Shown in pieces: positions 51,830 to 63,845 of a stretch of DNA of 64,000 nt. Source of the stretch: Octopus sinensis (taxonomy: Eukaryota); the NCBI RefSeq assembly GCF_006345805.1, contig NC_043004.1, forward strand, positions 72,912,001-72,976,000. The letters are read 5' to 3'. Position 1 is the first letter of the stretch; each line of letters begins with the position of its first letter. The notes beneath the pieces were generated by a model, which worked only from the letters and a program-made list of their open reading frames with translations, was not told the origin of the DNA and did not search any database. Both the position numbers and the translations under genes were made by a program.

Positions 51830-52567
51830 ATATAGTTTCCATCCGGATATTGTACGATGAGTTAGTGCCTTCCTCTCAGATCGCTCCTTCCAAGTCCAAG
51901 TTAATGGTTCGCTGTCTGACGTCTCCAGTACGAGCAGTGGCGTGCCTCAAGGTTCAGTGCTTGGGCCCTTATTGTCTTTAGTCTTCATAAATGACTTGCC
52001 CGAAGACCTCACGCAACACATCCTTCTATTTCCCGATGATGTCAAACTGGTCGCTCCTCGCGGTGATATAGAGGATCTTCGTCGATGCCTCCACCAAGTT
52101 TGGAGATGGTCTAACGAATGGGACCTGTGTCTGAACGTGTCAAAGTGCTGTCATCTGCCTGTTGGCTCTTCTCTTGCAACTCAACTTGATTTCGAGCCGG
52201 GTCGTCTGCTGCTGGAGAGGACCAATCAGGTAAAGGACCTGGGTATCTTGGTGGATTCCTCCTTTTCGCCTTCGGCCCAGTGCGTCCATGCTGCCAACAA
52301 AGCACGCGGAATTCTGTTCTTAATTCGACGGTCATTCGGAATGCTCACAGCAGCCATATTCATACCGCTCATATGAGACTCATATTGGAGTACGGGATTC
52401 AAGCCTCTTCCCCTTATCTCCTCAAAGACATACATCATCTCGAAAGAGTCCATAAGCCGGCTACCCGCATGGTTCTTGGTCTCAAGCATTTGTCTTATGA
52501 AGAAAGGCTGAGGACGCTCGACCTTTATTCTCTAGAAAAACGACGACGCCGTGGTGATCTACTCTAG
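51830..52567 (+). pseudogene. CR1-group reverse transcriptase fragment (second LINE lineage), disrupted
   Basis: SGVPQGSVLGPLL..FINDLP...LFPDDVKL...VKDLGILVD...ILEYGIQASSPYL...SYEERL..LDLYSLEKRRRRGDL. Cut at its 3' end by a SINE A tail. Confidence 0.9.
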
Positions 52568-53019
52568 GCACAAGGCCCGAAATTTTGCGGGGAGGGGGCC
52601 AATCGATTATCTCGGCTCCAATACGCAACTGGTACTTAATTTATCAACCCCGAAAGGATAAAAGGCAAAGTCGACCTCGGCGGAATTTTACAATAGGTAT
52701 ATATTAAGCATTTAGTATGAAACCATTTTAAAGTAGAAAAGAAAATGGAGATAAGGAAGTTAATGGTTGTCTATTACTAACAACAAATTGGTCATCTTTG
52801 CGAAGAAGAATTTGTTATTAATAATAAGCAATTATTAACTTCCTTAACTCTGTTTATATATATATATATAGGGAGAGAGAGGGGGAGAGGGAGAGAGAGA
52901 GGTACGGAGAGAGGGAGAGGGAGAGGGAGAGAGATGGAGTGGTCTCTTTATTGAATTATACCACGAACCAATACACACACACGCACACACATACACACAC
53001 ACACGCACACACATACACA

Positions 53020-53052
<33 letters not shown>

Positions 53053-53089
53053 CACACACACATAACAGTTGTGCCTGATATCCTCTTTT

Positions 53090-53490
53090 ATCTTTTAAGT
53101 CATTGAACTGCAGCCATGTTGAAACGCCATCTTGAAGGAATTTAGTTGAACAAATCGACCTCAGTACGTTTTTTTCTGGTTTTTTTTTAAAGTCTGCTAC
53201 TTATTTTATTGGTCTCTTTTGTCAAACTGCTTAGTAACGGACACATAAAGAAAACAACACCAATTGTCAAGCGGTAGCGGTGTAAATCAAAGAAACGAAA
53301 ATTCCCGTGTATGCGAACACACACGCACAGATCTGGCTTCCACACTGTTTCCGTTTACAATTCTCACATAAGGCGTTGGTTGGGCCAGGGCTATTGTAGA
53401 AGACACTTGCCCAAGGTACCGTGCAGTAGGACTGAGCTCGAAAATACGAGGTTTCAAAGGAGCTTCTTAACCATACAACCATGCCTGTGC
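53090..53490 (-). mobile_element. SINE family B, degenerate
   Basis: Both halves recognisable. Confidence 0.75.
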
Positions 53491-53509
53491 ATATATGCTT
53501 TTCTTCTCC

Positions 53510-54115
53510 TGACACAAGGCCCGAAATTTTGGAGGAGGAAGAGGCCAGTCGATTAGATCGAACCAAGTTCTCAACTAGTACTTAATTTATCGACCCCGAA
53601 AGGATGAAAGGCAAAGTCGACCTCGGCAGAATTTTAACTCAGAACGTAACAGCAGACGAAATACCTATTACTTTACTACCCACAAGGGGCTAAACACAGA
53701 GAGGAAAAACAAGGACAGACAAACAGATTAAGTCGATTACATCGACCCCAGTGCGTAACTGGTACTTAATTTATCGACCCCGAAAGGATGAAAGGCAAAG
53801 TCGACCTCAGCGGAATTTGAACTCAAAATGTAACGGCAGACGAAATACCGCTAAGCATTTCGCCCGGCGTACTAACGTTTCTTATTTCTTTACTGCCCAC
53901 AGGGGGCTACACACAGAGGGGAAAAACAAGGACAGACAAACAGATTAAGTCGATTATATCGACCCCAGTGCGTAACTGCTACTTAATTTATCGACCCCCG
54001 AAAGGATGAAAGGCAAAGTCGACCTCGGCGGAATTTGAACACAAGACGTAACGGCAGACGAAATAACGCTAAGCATTTCGCCCGGAGTGCTAACGTTTCT
54101 GCCAGCTCACCGCCT
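53510..54115 (-). mobile_element. Trimeric SINE family A copy
   Basis: Head plus three core units. The junction order is reversed relative to 33590-34190. Confidence 0.9.
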
Positions 54116-54309
54116 TTGCCTGTGCATTTGTTGCTGAGAGAGATTATGTCTCCAATGGACGATGGTTTTGAGTTCTCTGTTCATAATGTTGCATGTGGAT
54201 ATGCAGAAGATTAAAGAGGAATGAAGAGTGGCATTAACTGCTAACGAATGCATATTGTTGACAAGTAACAACAGGAAATAGATTATTAGTGAACTTCTCT
54301 CTTTACTCT

Positions 54310-54518
54310 TTTACTCTTTTACTTGTTTCAGTCATTTGACTGTGGCCATGCTGGAGCACCGCCTTTAATCGAGCAAATCGACCCCAGGACATATTCTTTG
54401 TACGCCTAATACTTATTCTATCGGTCTCTTTTGCCGGTAAGTTATGGGGACATAAATACACCAGCATCGGTTGTCAAGCGATGTTGGTGGGACAAACACA
54501 GACACACAAACACACACT

Positions 54519-54567
<49 letters not shown>

Positions 54568-54745
54568 TATACATATACATATATACGACGGGCTTTTTTC
54601 AGTTTCCGTCAACCAAATCCACTCGTAAGACTTTGGTCGACACGAGGCTATAGTAGAAGACATTAACTCAAGGTGCCACGCAGTGGGACTGAACCCGGAA
54701 CCATGTGGTTGGTAAGCAAGCTACTTACCACACAACCACTCCTGC
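54310..54745 (-). mobile_element. SINE family B, full-length
   Basis: Both halves, the (TA)n linker and a (TTTTACTC)n tail. Confidence 0.9.
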
Positions 54746-54925
54746 ACCAAATATTCTCATTTTAAAAATAATCTCCGGTTAATCGTTGAAAGAACGCTAG
54801 TGTTGCTTTGGCGGAAGTTTGCGTTCCTGCAGTGCACTTATTGTTGTTGCTGTTGTTGTTGTCGTCGTCGTCGTCGTCGCTGTTGTGTTGTTGTTGTTGT
54901 TGTTTGTTGTTGTTGTTGTTGTTGT

Positions 54926-55346
54926 AGAATGGTTTGCGCGTCGAACAACATGTTTTGTGACATTTCTTCCCGCTTAACGTTCTGAGTTCAAATTCCGCTG
55001 AGTTCGACTTTGCCTTTCATCCTTTCGGGGACAATAAAATAAGTACCTGTGGTACGCGAGGGCCACTGTAATCGATTATTCCCCTCCTTCAAAATTTCAG
55101 GTATTGTGCCTATATCAGAAAGAATTAATACTGGTGAACTGGTAGAATCGCGAGATCGTCGGGCAAAATGTCTTGCGTATTTATTTCGACTCTTTCCGCT
55201 CTGAGTTCCGTTCTGAGACTAAATTTTGCCTTTCATCTCCTCTGGGGACGAAAGGTAAAACAACTGATCATGTAGTCATCTAACGTCTCACCTAAAAGTT
55301 TCTGGTCCTGTGCCATTATTAGATACCATTATTATTGTTCTTATCG

Positions 55347-55389
<43 letters not shown>

Positions 55390-55853
55390 AGAATGGTTTG
55401 CGCGTCGAACAACATGTTTTGTGACATTTCTTCCCGCTTAACGTTCTGAGTTCAAATTCCGCTGAGTTCGACTTTGCCTTTCATCCTTTCGGGGACAATA
55501 AAATAAGTACCTGTGGTACGCGAGGGCCACTGTAATCGATTATTCCCCTCCTTCAAAATTTCAGGTATTGTGCCTATATCAGAAAGAATTAATACTGGTG
55601 AACTGGTAGAATCGCGAGATCGTCGGGCAAAATGTCTTGCGTATTTATTTCGACTCTTTCCGCTCTGAGTTCCGTTCTGAGACTAAATTTTGCCTTTCAT
55701 CTCCTCTGGGGACGAAAGGTAAAACAACTGATCATGTAGTCATCTAACGTCTCACCTAAAAGTTTCTGGTCCTGTGCCATTATTAGATACCATTATTATT
55801 GTTCTTATCGTTGTTGTTGTTGTTGTTGTTGTTGTTGTTGCTGTTGTTGTTTC
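54926..55853. repeat. Tandem duplication, 464-bp period, bounded by (GTT)n
   Basis: AGAATGGTTTGCGCG starts at 54926 and 55390. No differences seen by eye outside the microsatellite. Confidence 0.92.
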
Positions 55854-56454
55854 CAACAGTTTTTTTTTCCTCAGTTTCTACTACACCCCAGACGCACTTC
55901 CGTGTTCTTGAGGTGTGTGCAGCATTGCATTCTGGGATAGTAAAACTGTGTTCGTGTTCGGTATGTGCCGTGTGATCGGAATTGCATGCGTTTTAATGTC
56001 TAGCTAAGATAAGTGTATAAATGTGTGGTGTGTGGTTTACATAAGCATTAATGAGACGCAGCTGTGTAGAATATAAGCTGTGCGAGGTGTCGGTTGGTGA
56101 TATAGTGTCGAGTATCAGTTATGTTGGGGTGGATGTTATTTTATTGGGTGTTGATCGTTATGTAAGTTGTGTTATTATATTCAGTGGTGATTGCATAGAA
56201 TATATGTCGTGTGCATAAAGCCTTCTGGTTTTAATCGAAAGTATTTAACGTAGGATGCGGGTTGTGCATTGCGGGGCTATATTTTGTTTTGAGGGCGCTA
56301 GCATGGTTTGTATGTTTTTGCTCATATTTTGCTACATTTAGTCCTCTAGTTATCTCTGGCACCGTTTTCCTTTTCATAATCCCTCTATTCTTTTTATCTC
56401 ATTGTTAATATCCTTGTGTTTTGGAAAATGTTGTAATCCAAGTGGGTCGAGATG

Positions 56455-56679
56455 TTTGTCAAGTTACTCTTTTTACTCTTTTACTTGTTTCAGTCAGTTG
56501 ACTGTGACCATGCTGGAGCACCGCCTTTAGTCGATCAAGCAATTCGACCCCAGGACTTATTCTTTGTAAGCCTAGTACTTATTCTATCGGATTCTTTTGC
56601 CGAACTGCTAAGTTACGGGGACGTAAACACACCAGCATCGGTTGTCAAGCGATGTGGGGGAACAAACATATACACACGC

Positions 56680-56761
<82 letters not shown>

Positions 56762-56883
56762 ATATAGGGGTTGTAAATGCAACCCTCCATGGGATAACAT
56801 ATATCCAATATACTGCTAGTGAAGTACCCAACAAAATTAATACATAAATGTTAATGATTGCGATGCAATCAATTCATTTACTG

Positions 56884-56927
<44 letters not shown>

Positions 56928-57100
56928 CACACACAACACACACAAGAAGCCCGTTTTTCAGTTTCCGTCTACCAAATCCACTCACAAGGCTTTGGTCGGC
57001 CCGAGGCTATAGTAGAAGGCGCTTCCCTAAGGTACCACGCAGTGGGACTGAACCCAGAACCATGTGATTCGTAAACAAGCTACTTACCACACAGCCACTC
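56455..57100 (-). mobile_element. SINE family B with expanded internal (TA)n and an inserted segment
   Basis: Right half at 56455-56680, left half at 56945-57100. Confidence 0.85.
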
Positions 57101-58760
57101 CAGACAATTTTCTTTGATATTCCTTCCGCTTTAGAAAGGCATATCTCAATTGATTTTGGTTGAGTGTTATGTTATGCCACGTGTCAGTGACATGTTTACA
57201 CTGCTTCTTTAACGTCCCCATGAAGAAGTGTCGGTTATAGTTCAGGCGGCATATTAACTGGCTCGGTCGTTGCTGTGAATGTATCAGAACAAAGAAGAGA
57301 CTGGGTAACCGGAAGTAAAGGAGTCAACCGTCTCAGTGTACAGGTTACATAGCCTGCACTTGATCTCAATACTTTCTTTCACAGATTCAGACATGGGTGC
57401 GTTATCAAGAAGCTCGCTTTGCAACCACGGGGTCTTGGGTTCAGTAAAACTATACGGCACCTAGGATAAAACAAAGGGAGAGATATATATAGTGTGTGTG
57501 TGCGTGTGTGTGTCTGGGTGTGTACGTGCGTGTGTGAGAGAGAGAGAGGGTATATGTTTCTATGTGTGTCTATGTTACGTGCCTGTCACCTACACATCGC
57601 TTGAAAACTGATGTTGGTTCGTTTACATCCCAGTAGCTTAATACTTCGGTTAAAGTTGCCGATAGAATAAGTACCAGAATGGTCGTAGTCCAATCACTGA
57701 AACAAATAAACGGTAAGGAATAAAAAGTATTGAAGTGGTTTATGACTAAACATTGGTCCAGACTTTCACTTTCTGTTTTTAGTCCAGAACTTTCGAACCA
57801 TCGTTAGATATAACTTTGACTCACTTCCTTTCTTATTTCTTTATTACCCACAAGGGGCTAAACACAGAGGAGACAAACAAGGACAGACAGACGGATTAAG
57901 TCAATTATATCGACCCCAGTGCGTAACTGATATTTATTTAATCGACCCCGAAAGGGTGAAAGGCAAAGTCGACCTCGGCGGAATTTGAACTCAGAATGTA
58001 GCATCAGACGAAATATCGCTAAACATTTCGCCCGGTGCGTTAACGTTTCTGCCAGCTCGCCGTCTTCCTTTTTATCGGGTCTTGCTATTTACTGGCCACA
58101 CAGTGATTTTTCTCTTCCAGTTTATCTTCTAGATATTGTGAAATTCCCTTTCTATTTTCTCTTCATCGTTGTTATTCTATATTTTCTGTTATTATTTTAT
58201 CTTATCCAACTCTTTACTTTACTCTAGTTCCTGGCCTGTTCTTAAAAGTTTTCTTAATCTCTATTTAGAGAAAGATCAGTTTTGGGCCCCCCACCCCACG
58301 CCGCCACATGTTACCTGTTTACAGGTATTGAAGCTGTAATTTATGACTAGGATGCCTTCTGTGTCTATACCTACTCCTTTTGTTTACAGCGTTGAATTCC
58401 GGTTTCGGTTCTCACTCGAGGCGCTGACCGAACTGAATCGTTAAACACGCCGGGCAAAATGCTGAGCGGCATTTCATTCGACTTTACGCTCTGAATTCAA
58501 ATTCCGCCGCGACCGATTTTGCCTTTCATCCTTTCGGGGTCGATAAAATAAGCACCAGTTTAATACTGGGGAGGGGGGTCTATATAATCGATTTGCCACA
58601 TCCACCGAAATTTTTGGCCTTGGGCCAAAATTGGAAACTAATATTAGTCTGACTGTTCAGAAGTTCTCTTTCCTAATTCAACTTTTCACTTCTGTGTATT
58701 GCATTTTATCAGTCTCATCTACTCTACGCATTTGCATGAATAGTTCTTGCCTAATTCTCA

Positions 58761-58929
58761 GGCGTAGAAGTGGCTGTGTGGTAAGTAGCTAGCTTACGAA
58801 CCACATAGTTCCTGGTTCAGTCCCGCCGCGCTGCATCTTGTGCAAGTGTCTTCTACTATAGCCTCGGGCCGACCAAAGCCTTGTGAGTGGATTTGATAGA
58901 CGGAAACTGAAAGAAGCCCGTCGTATATA

Positions 58930-58987
<58 letters not shown>

Positions 58988-59213
58988 CGTGTGTATATGT
59001 TTGTGTGTCTGTGTTTGTCCTTCCCAACATCGCTTGACAACCGATGCCAGTGTGTTTATGTCCCCGTAACTTAGCGGTTCGGCAAAAGGGACCGATAGAA
59101 TAGATACTAGCTTACAAAGAATAAGTCCTGCAGTCGATTTGCTCGACTAAAGGTGGTGCTCCAGCATGGCCGCAGTCAAATGACTGAAACAAGTAAAAGA
59201 GTGAAATAAAAGA
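58761..59213 (+). mobile_element. SINE family B, full-length (used as the reference copy)
   Basis: GGCGTAGAAGTGGCTGTGTGGTAAG head, CORE-like TTGTGCAAGTGTCTT, microsatellite at 58923-58995, right half and AAGAGTGAAA tail. Confidence 0.92.
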
Positions 59214-59644
59214 ATCTCTGCCTAATTAAATAGCCTCAATTTTAGCCAACTTGTCTCCCTTTACAGTGGTGCATTTGTTCAAATCCCGTCAAGGCAAAAT
59301 TTGTCTCTCATCATTTCGCTTTCGATGAAATAGCTAATAGTAAGTGAATACGGCAAACTGGCCCATGATAGGGCGTCGGACAAGGTGGCTTGTGGTTTCT
59401 AGTTTGGGGCCGTGCGTTCAGAGGTCGACTCCCGCTTCAATTAACTGAAAAAAAAAAAAACTGCTTCGTTATAGTCAGTGATAAGCTTGGTGAAGTAGGC
59501 CAAGTAGTTCTGCTGTCAGCACAACGGTTAGCAAGACAGAACGTGAGGGAACGTCCATGTCTTCTGCATATGAGCGAACGACATTAATATATATTCATGT
59601 ACATGTATGTGTATGTGTATATGTGTGTATGTATGTTTGTGTGT

Positions 59645-59711
<67 letters not shown>

Positions 59712-59857
59712 TATTTATATATTATGTATATTTGTGTGTGTATATATATTATGTATACCTTATATATATGATTGATTGATTCTAGTTTCAGCTCATGAGC
59801 TGTGGCCATGCTGGGGAACCGCCATGTGTATATACATATATGAATATATATATTATA

Positions 59858-59888
<31 letters not shown>

Positions 59889-59891
59889 ATA

Positions 59892-61523
59892 TACTTTGAT
59901 ACTTTGATACTTTGATAGGTTTCGGCCATTATTGGCCCAGGCCATGTCTAACTTCAAGCACCACCTGGTGAAGTCTTTCAAGTCAGAATTTGGGCACTAT
60001 GGCCCACTCAAGTAGAGAGTTATTGTTTACAGAGACATATCCGGATGTAGGGGGTTTATCCGGGATTTCTTGAAGGAATCTGTCCAAAGACTTCTTGAAC
60101 CCTATAGGGTCAGTTTCTATTTTAATGTGTTTTGGTGTAATGTTAAAGAGAGCGGGGCCAATTGAGGTGAAATAATTGTGCCGTATTGTTGTTATGAGAT
60201 GAGAGTGCGATTTTTGTTTTGGGCGGATGGCACGGGGCCCAAGCCTTGGATGTACCTTAAGGTGATGCCAACATCATTTGGGCAATGCTGATGGAATATT
60301 TTCCACATCATGCAGATGATGTAGCGCTCACGACGACGTTGGAGAGAATAGAGTTTTAGCTTTTCTAGTCGACCCCAATAGTCGAGGCCTGTCATGCCAT
60401 CTATCATTTTGTGATTGCCCTTTGAGGTGCTTCAACTTTTATGATACCTTGTATTGTGTGGGGAGACCACAGTGGACAACAGTATTCAAGGTGGGGTCGG
60501 GCAAAAGTGGAGAAGAGAAGGATAATGGTGTGGATATCTCTCGACTGGAAAGTTCTGAGAATCCAGGAACACATTCTGCGGGCCATGTCAACTTTGGTGT
60601 TTATATGAGTGGCCCAGCTTATGTTGTTGTCCACAATTACTCCCAGGTCTCTGATGTTGTTGGACGCCGCGAGAGTTTCACCTGAAGGAAGGGAGTATGG
60701 GAGTTTCAGGGCATCCTCTTTTCCAAAGTGGATTAGCTCAAATTTATCCTCGTTCAGCAGCAATTGTTTTTTTTCTGCCCATTGGATAACAGCCAGTAGA
60801 TCTGACTGAAGGCATGTCCGGTCACTCGCCTCATTTATGACGTTCTGTAGCTTGGAGTCATCTGCAAAGATTTTTATATGTTGCTGTGCTTGATGATGTC
60901 ATTAATGTCATTAATGTAAATGATGAAAAGAAGTGGGCCCAGCACAGTGCCTTGCGGAACGCCACTACTGACTTTGGCTGGGCTTGATTTTACCCCTTCA
61001 ACTACAACATGTTGAGATCTGTCTGTCAGGAAACACTTGATCCATTTCAGTAACTTTCCAGAGACACCACATGTTGGATAGTTTTTTCAATAGAATCTTG
61101 TGATCGACCCTGTCGAAGGCCTTACTGAAATCAAGGTAGATGACATCGGTGTTGGAGCCCTCTCCCAAAGCTCTCAAAATGTCCTCAAAGTGATGCAGGA
61201 GTTGCGTTAGGCAGTCCCTTCCATTACAGAATCCATGTTGGTTGGAGATCAGCCGTCTGTTGCTTTTCGAAATTGGGTTATTCGAGATCTCACCACCCTC
61301 TCAAATACCTTGATGATATGAGAGGTGAGTGAGATCGGACGGTAATTCACTGCAAGGGACTTGTTTCCCTTTTTGAAAACTGGGACAACAGACTGGGACA
61401 GAAGGTTTTTTGGAATATAGCCAGCATCCAGTGAGTTTCTCCACAGATTAGCAAGGGGAGATGCAAGTTGGTGTCGACACACCTTCAGGACACAAGCAGG
61501 GAACCTATCGGGGCCTACTGCTG
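59892..61523 (-). mobile_element. 5'-truncated CR1-group LINE carrying most of the RT domain (same family as 6588-7514)
   Basis: NYRPISLTSHIIKVFERVV, QHGF, VIYLDFSKAFDRVDH, IFADDSK, RDLGVIVD, PHLEYCCPLWSP and LYSLQRRRER. The 3' tail is (ATCAAAGT)x3. Confidence 0.95.
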
Positions 61524-61749
61524 AATTGTGTTTTTTTGTGTTTTATATATATACGTATGTATGTATATATCATGTATATATATGTATATATATTAGATAT
61601 ATATTATGTATATGTGTGTATATGTGTGTATATATTTATATGTGTGTGTACATGTATACAGATAGATAGATAGATAGATAGATAGATGTATACGTATGTA
61701 TATATTAATGTATATTCCTTTCGTTTTATATGTGTATGCGAGTGTGTGT

Positions 61750-61810
<61 letters not shown>

Positions 61811-62136
61811 TGTGTGTGTCTGTGTGTGTGTGTGTTTCTGTGTGTGTGTGTGTCTGCGTTTCTGTGTGCATGTTAGTGCGTGTTAGATGAAATATAAACA
61901 TTCCGAAAGCTTAGCAAGTGACTTCACTGAATCAATTCGTTTCATTAACGACAGACAGGCTCGTATTACACTTTCTCGAGATTTTCAATGAACAAATCAA
62001 GGTAATTATGTTAGGAACAGGTGTAAAGTTATATCATAGCAAGAAGAATAAACAAGTTCACGTAAAAAGTCAGAAATGTGTGTGTGTTGTGTGTGTGTGT
62101 GTGTGTGTGTATGTGTGTGTGTGTGTGTGGTGTGTT

Positions 62137-62167
<31 letters not shown>

Positions 62168-62572
62168 TTGTGTGTGTCTGTGTGTGCGTGTTGTGTGTGT
62201 GTGTTTGTGAGTGTGTGTGCGAGTGTTTGTCAGAAAAAATATGTTTGTGCATTAAATATATACATATACAGAAATATACATAAACACTTATAGATATATG
62301 CGTTGTGTGTGCTTACATATATACTCTTTACTCTTTTACTTGTTTCAGTCATTTAACTGCGGCCCTGCTGGAGCACCGCCTTTAGTCGAGCAAATCGACC
62401 CCCAGGACTTATTCTTTGTAAGCCTATTGCTTATTCTATCGGTCTCTATTGCCGAACCGCTAAGTTACGGGGACGTAAACACACCAGCATCGGTTGTCAA
62501 GCAATGTTTGGGGGACAAACACAGACACAAACATATACACACACATACATATATATATATACACACACACAC

Positions 62573-62630
<58 letters not shown>

Positions 62631-62635
<5 letters not shown>

Positions 62636-63621
62636 CAGCCGAAATTGCTAGGATGATCCGGTTCTTGACTGAAGATTGAAGGCTTCGAATGTCCCGTCCG
62701 TGTTTTTTGTATCGTCTTCTAAATGTTTTACGTTCTTGTCCCATTTTGTATTTTTCTACATATAATATATATAGCGGCGTCCGTACCCTCTTTGGCCTTA
62801 TGTAAGTACATATTCCTTTAAATTTGGTACGACTCTATAACACTTTCTCTCTCTCCTACATTACTCTGCCTTTCACACTTTGCACTCTACTTTGATCTGT
62901 CTTTTTTTCTCTCTCTCTCTCTCTCTACTTCTCCTTTTCTCCTTTCTTGCCTCTGATTCTTTGGTCTACTCTTCCCCCACTCTCTCACATTTCTCTGTCT
63001 TTTTCACTTTGCACTCACTGATTCTGTCGCCAAGCCAATCCTTGGCACGCTCTCTTTCTTCTCCCCTCTTTAATTCCTTCTTTCTCTCTCTTCTCCCCCC
63101 TTTGTTGCCTTCGTCCCTCTTTTTCTCTCTCTCTTTGATTCCTTTGCCCCCTTTTTTTCTCTCTCTTCTCCTCTCACGTGACCGCTGGTCAACCAGCCTT
63201 TCGGCTTCTAACCAGCGCCATGAGATGATCGTTGTCTTCGTCTGCCGAAGAAGGCATTTTTTTCCAAATACGCCAGCTAAACTAAGTTGTACTGTCTATT
63301 AGTCGTAAGACACCCGCTGTTTTTGTCCTGTTTTTACCATTATTGCTTTTTGCATTTTATATTCGTATGGCATCGTCCGTTTTTCTGTCCCTGTTTCGTA
63401 TATATTCGATCCTTTTTCCAAGAAATCTAATGCTCGTAGCTTAGTGTTTCCTTGGGGCTGGCCGGATCGGAGCGATCTCAAGATTAATCAGCCGAAATTG
63501 CTAGGATGATCCGGTTCTTGACTGAAGATTGAAGGCTTCGAATGTCCCGTCCGCGTTTTTTGTATCGTCTTCTAAATGTTTTACGTTCTTGTCCCAGTTT
63601 GTATTTTTCTACATATAATAT

Positions 63622-63625
<4 letters not shown>
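62631..63625 (+). mobile_element. ~1 kb direct-repeat element carrying the permuted hammerhead (Penelope-like or retrozyme-like)
   Basis: 62634-62771 and 63487-63624 are identical at 136 of 138 nt (period 853). Flanked by (TA)n; no ORF homology seen. Confidence 0.75.
63450..63546 (+). ncRNA. Candidate non-circularly permuted hammerhead ribozyme, copy 2
   Basis: AGCGAU-C^UCAAGA (63471-63483), CAGCC-GAAA-UUGCU (63489-63502), UCUUGA-CUGAAGA (63516-63528). Extra helix CCGGAUC/GAUCCGG. Confidence 0.75.
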
Positions 63626-63671
<46 letters not shown>

Positions 63672-63845
63672 GACGGGTTTCTTCCAGTTTCTGTCTACAA
63701 AATTCCCTCACAAGGCTTTGGTCGGCCCGAGGCTATAGTAGAAGACATTTGCCCAAGGTGCCACGCAATGAAACTGAACCCAGAACCATGTGGTTGGTAA
63801 GCAACCTACTTACCACACACCCACTCCTGCGCCTATGTATATATT

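Larger units (their letters stand above)
62325..63835 (-). mobile_element. SINE family B split by an insertion into its internal microsatellite
   Basis: Right half at 62325-62530 and left half at 63670-63835, with the hammerhead-bearing unit between them. Confidence 0.85.

Noticed and set aside
63516-63550. Reading CUGAAGA-UUGAAGGCUUC-GAAU-GUC as a conventional type I hammerhead
   Set aside because: It has GAAU instead of GAAA, no stem III, and the sequence after GUC does not pair with UCUUGA. The permuted reading satisfies all core and helix constraints except the stem II partner.
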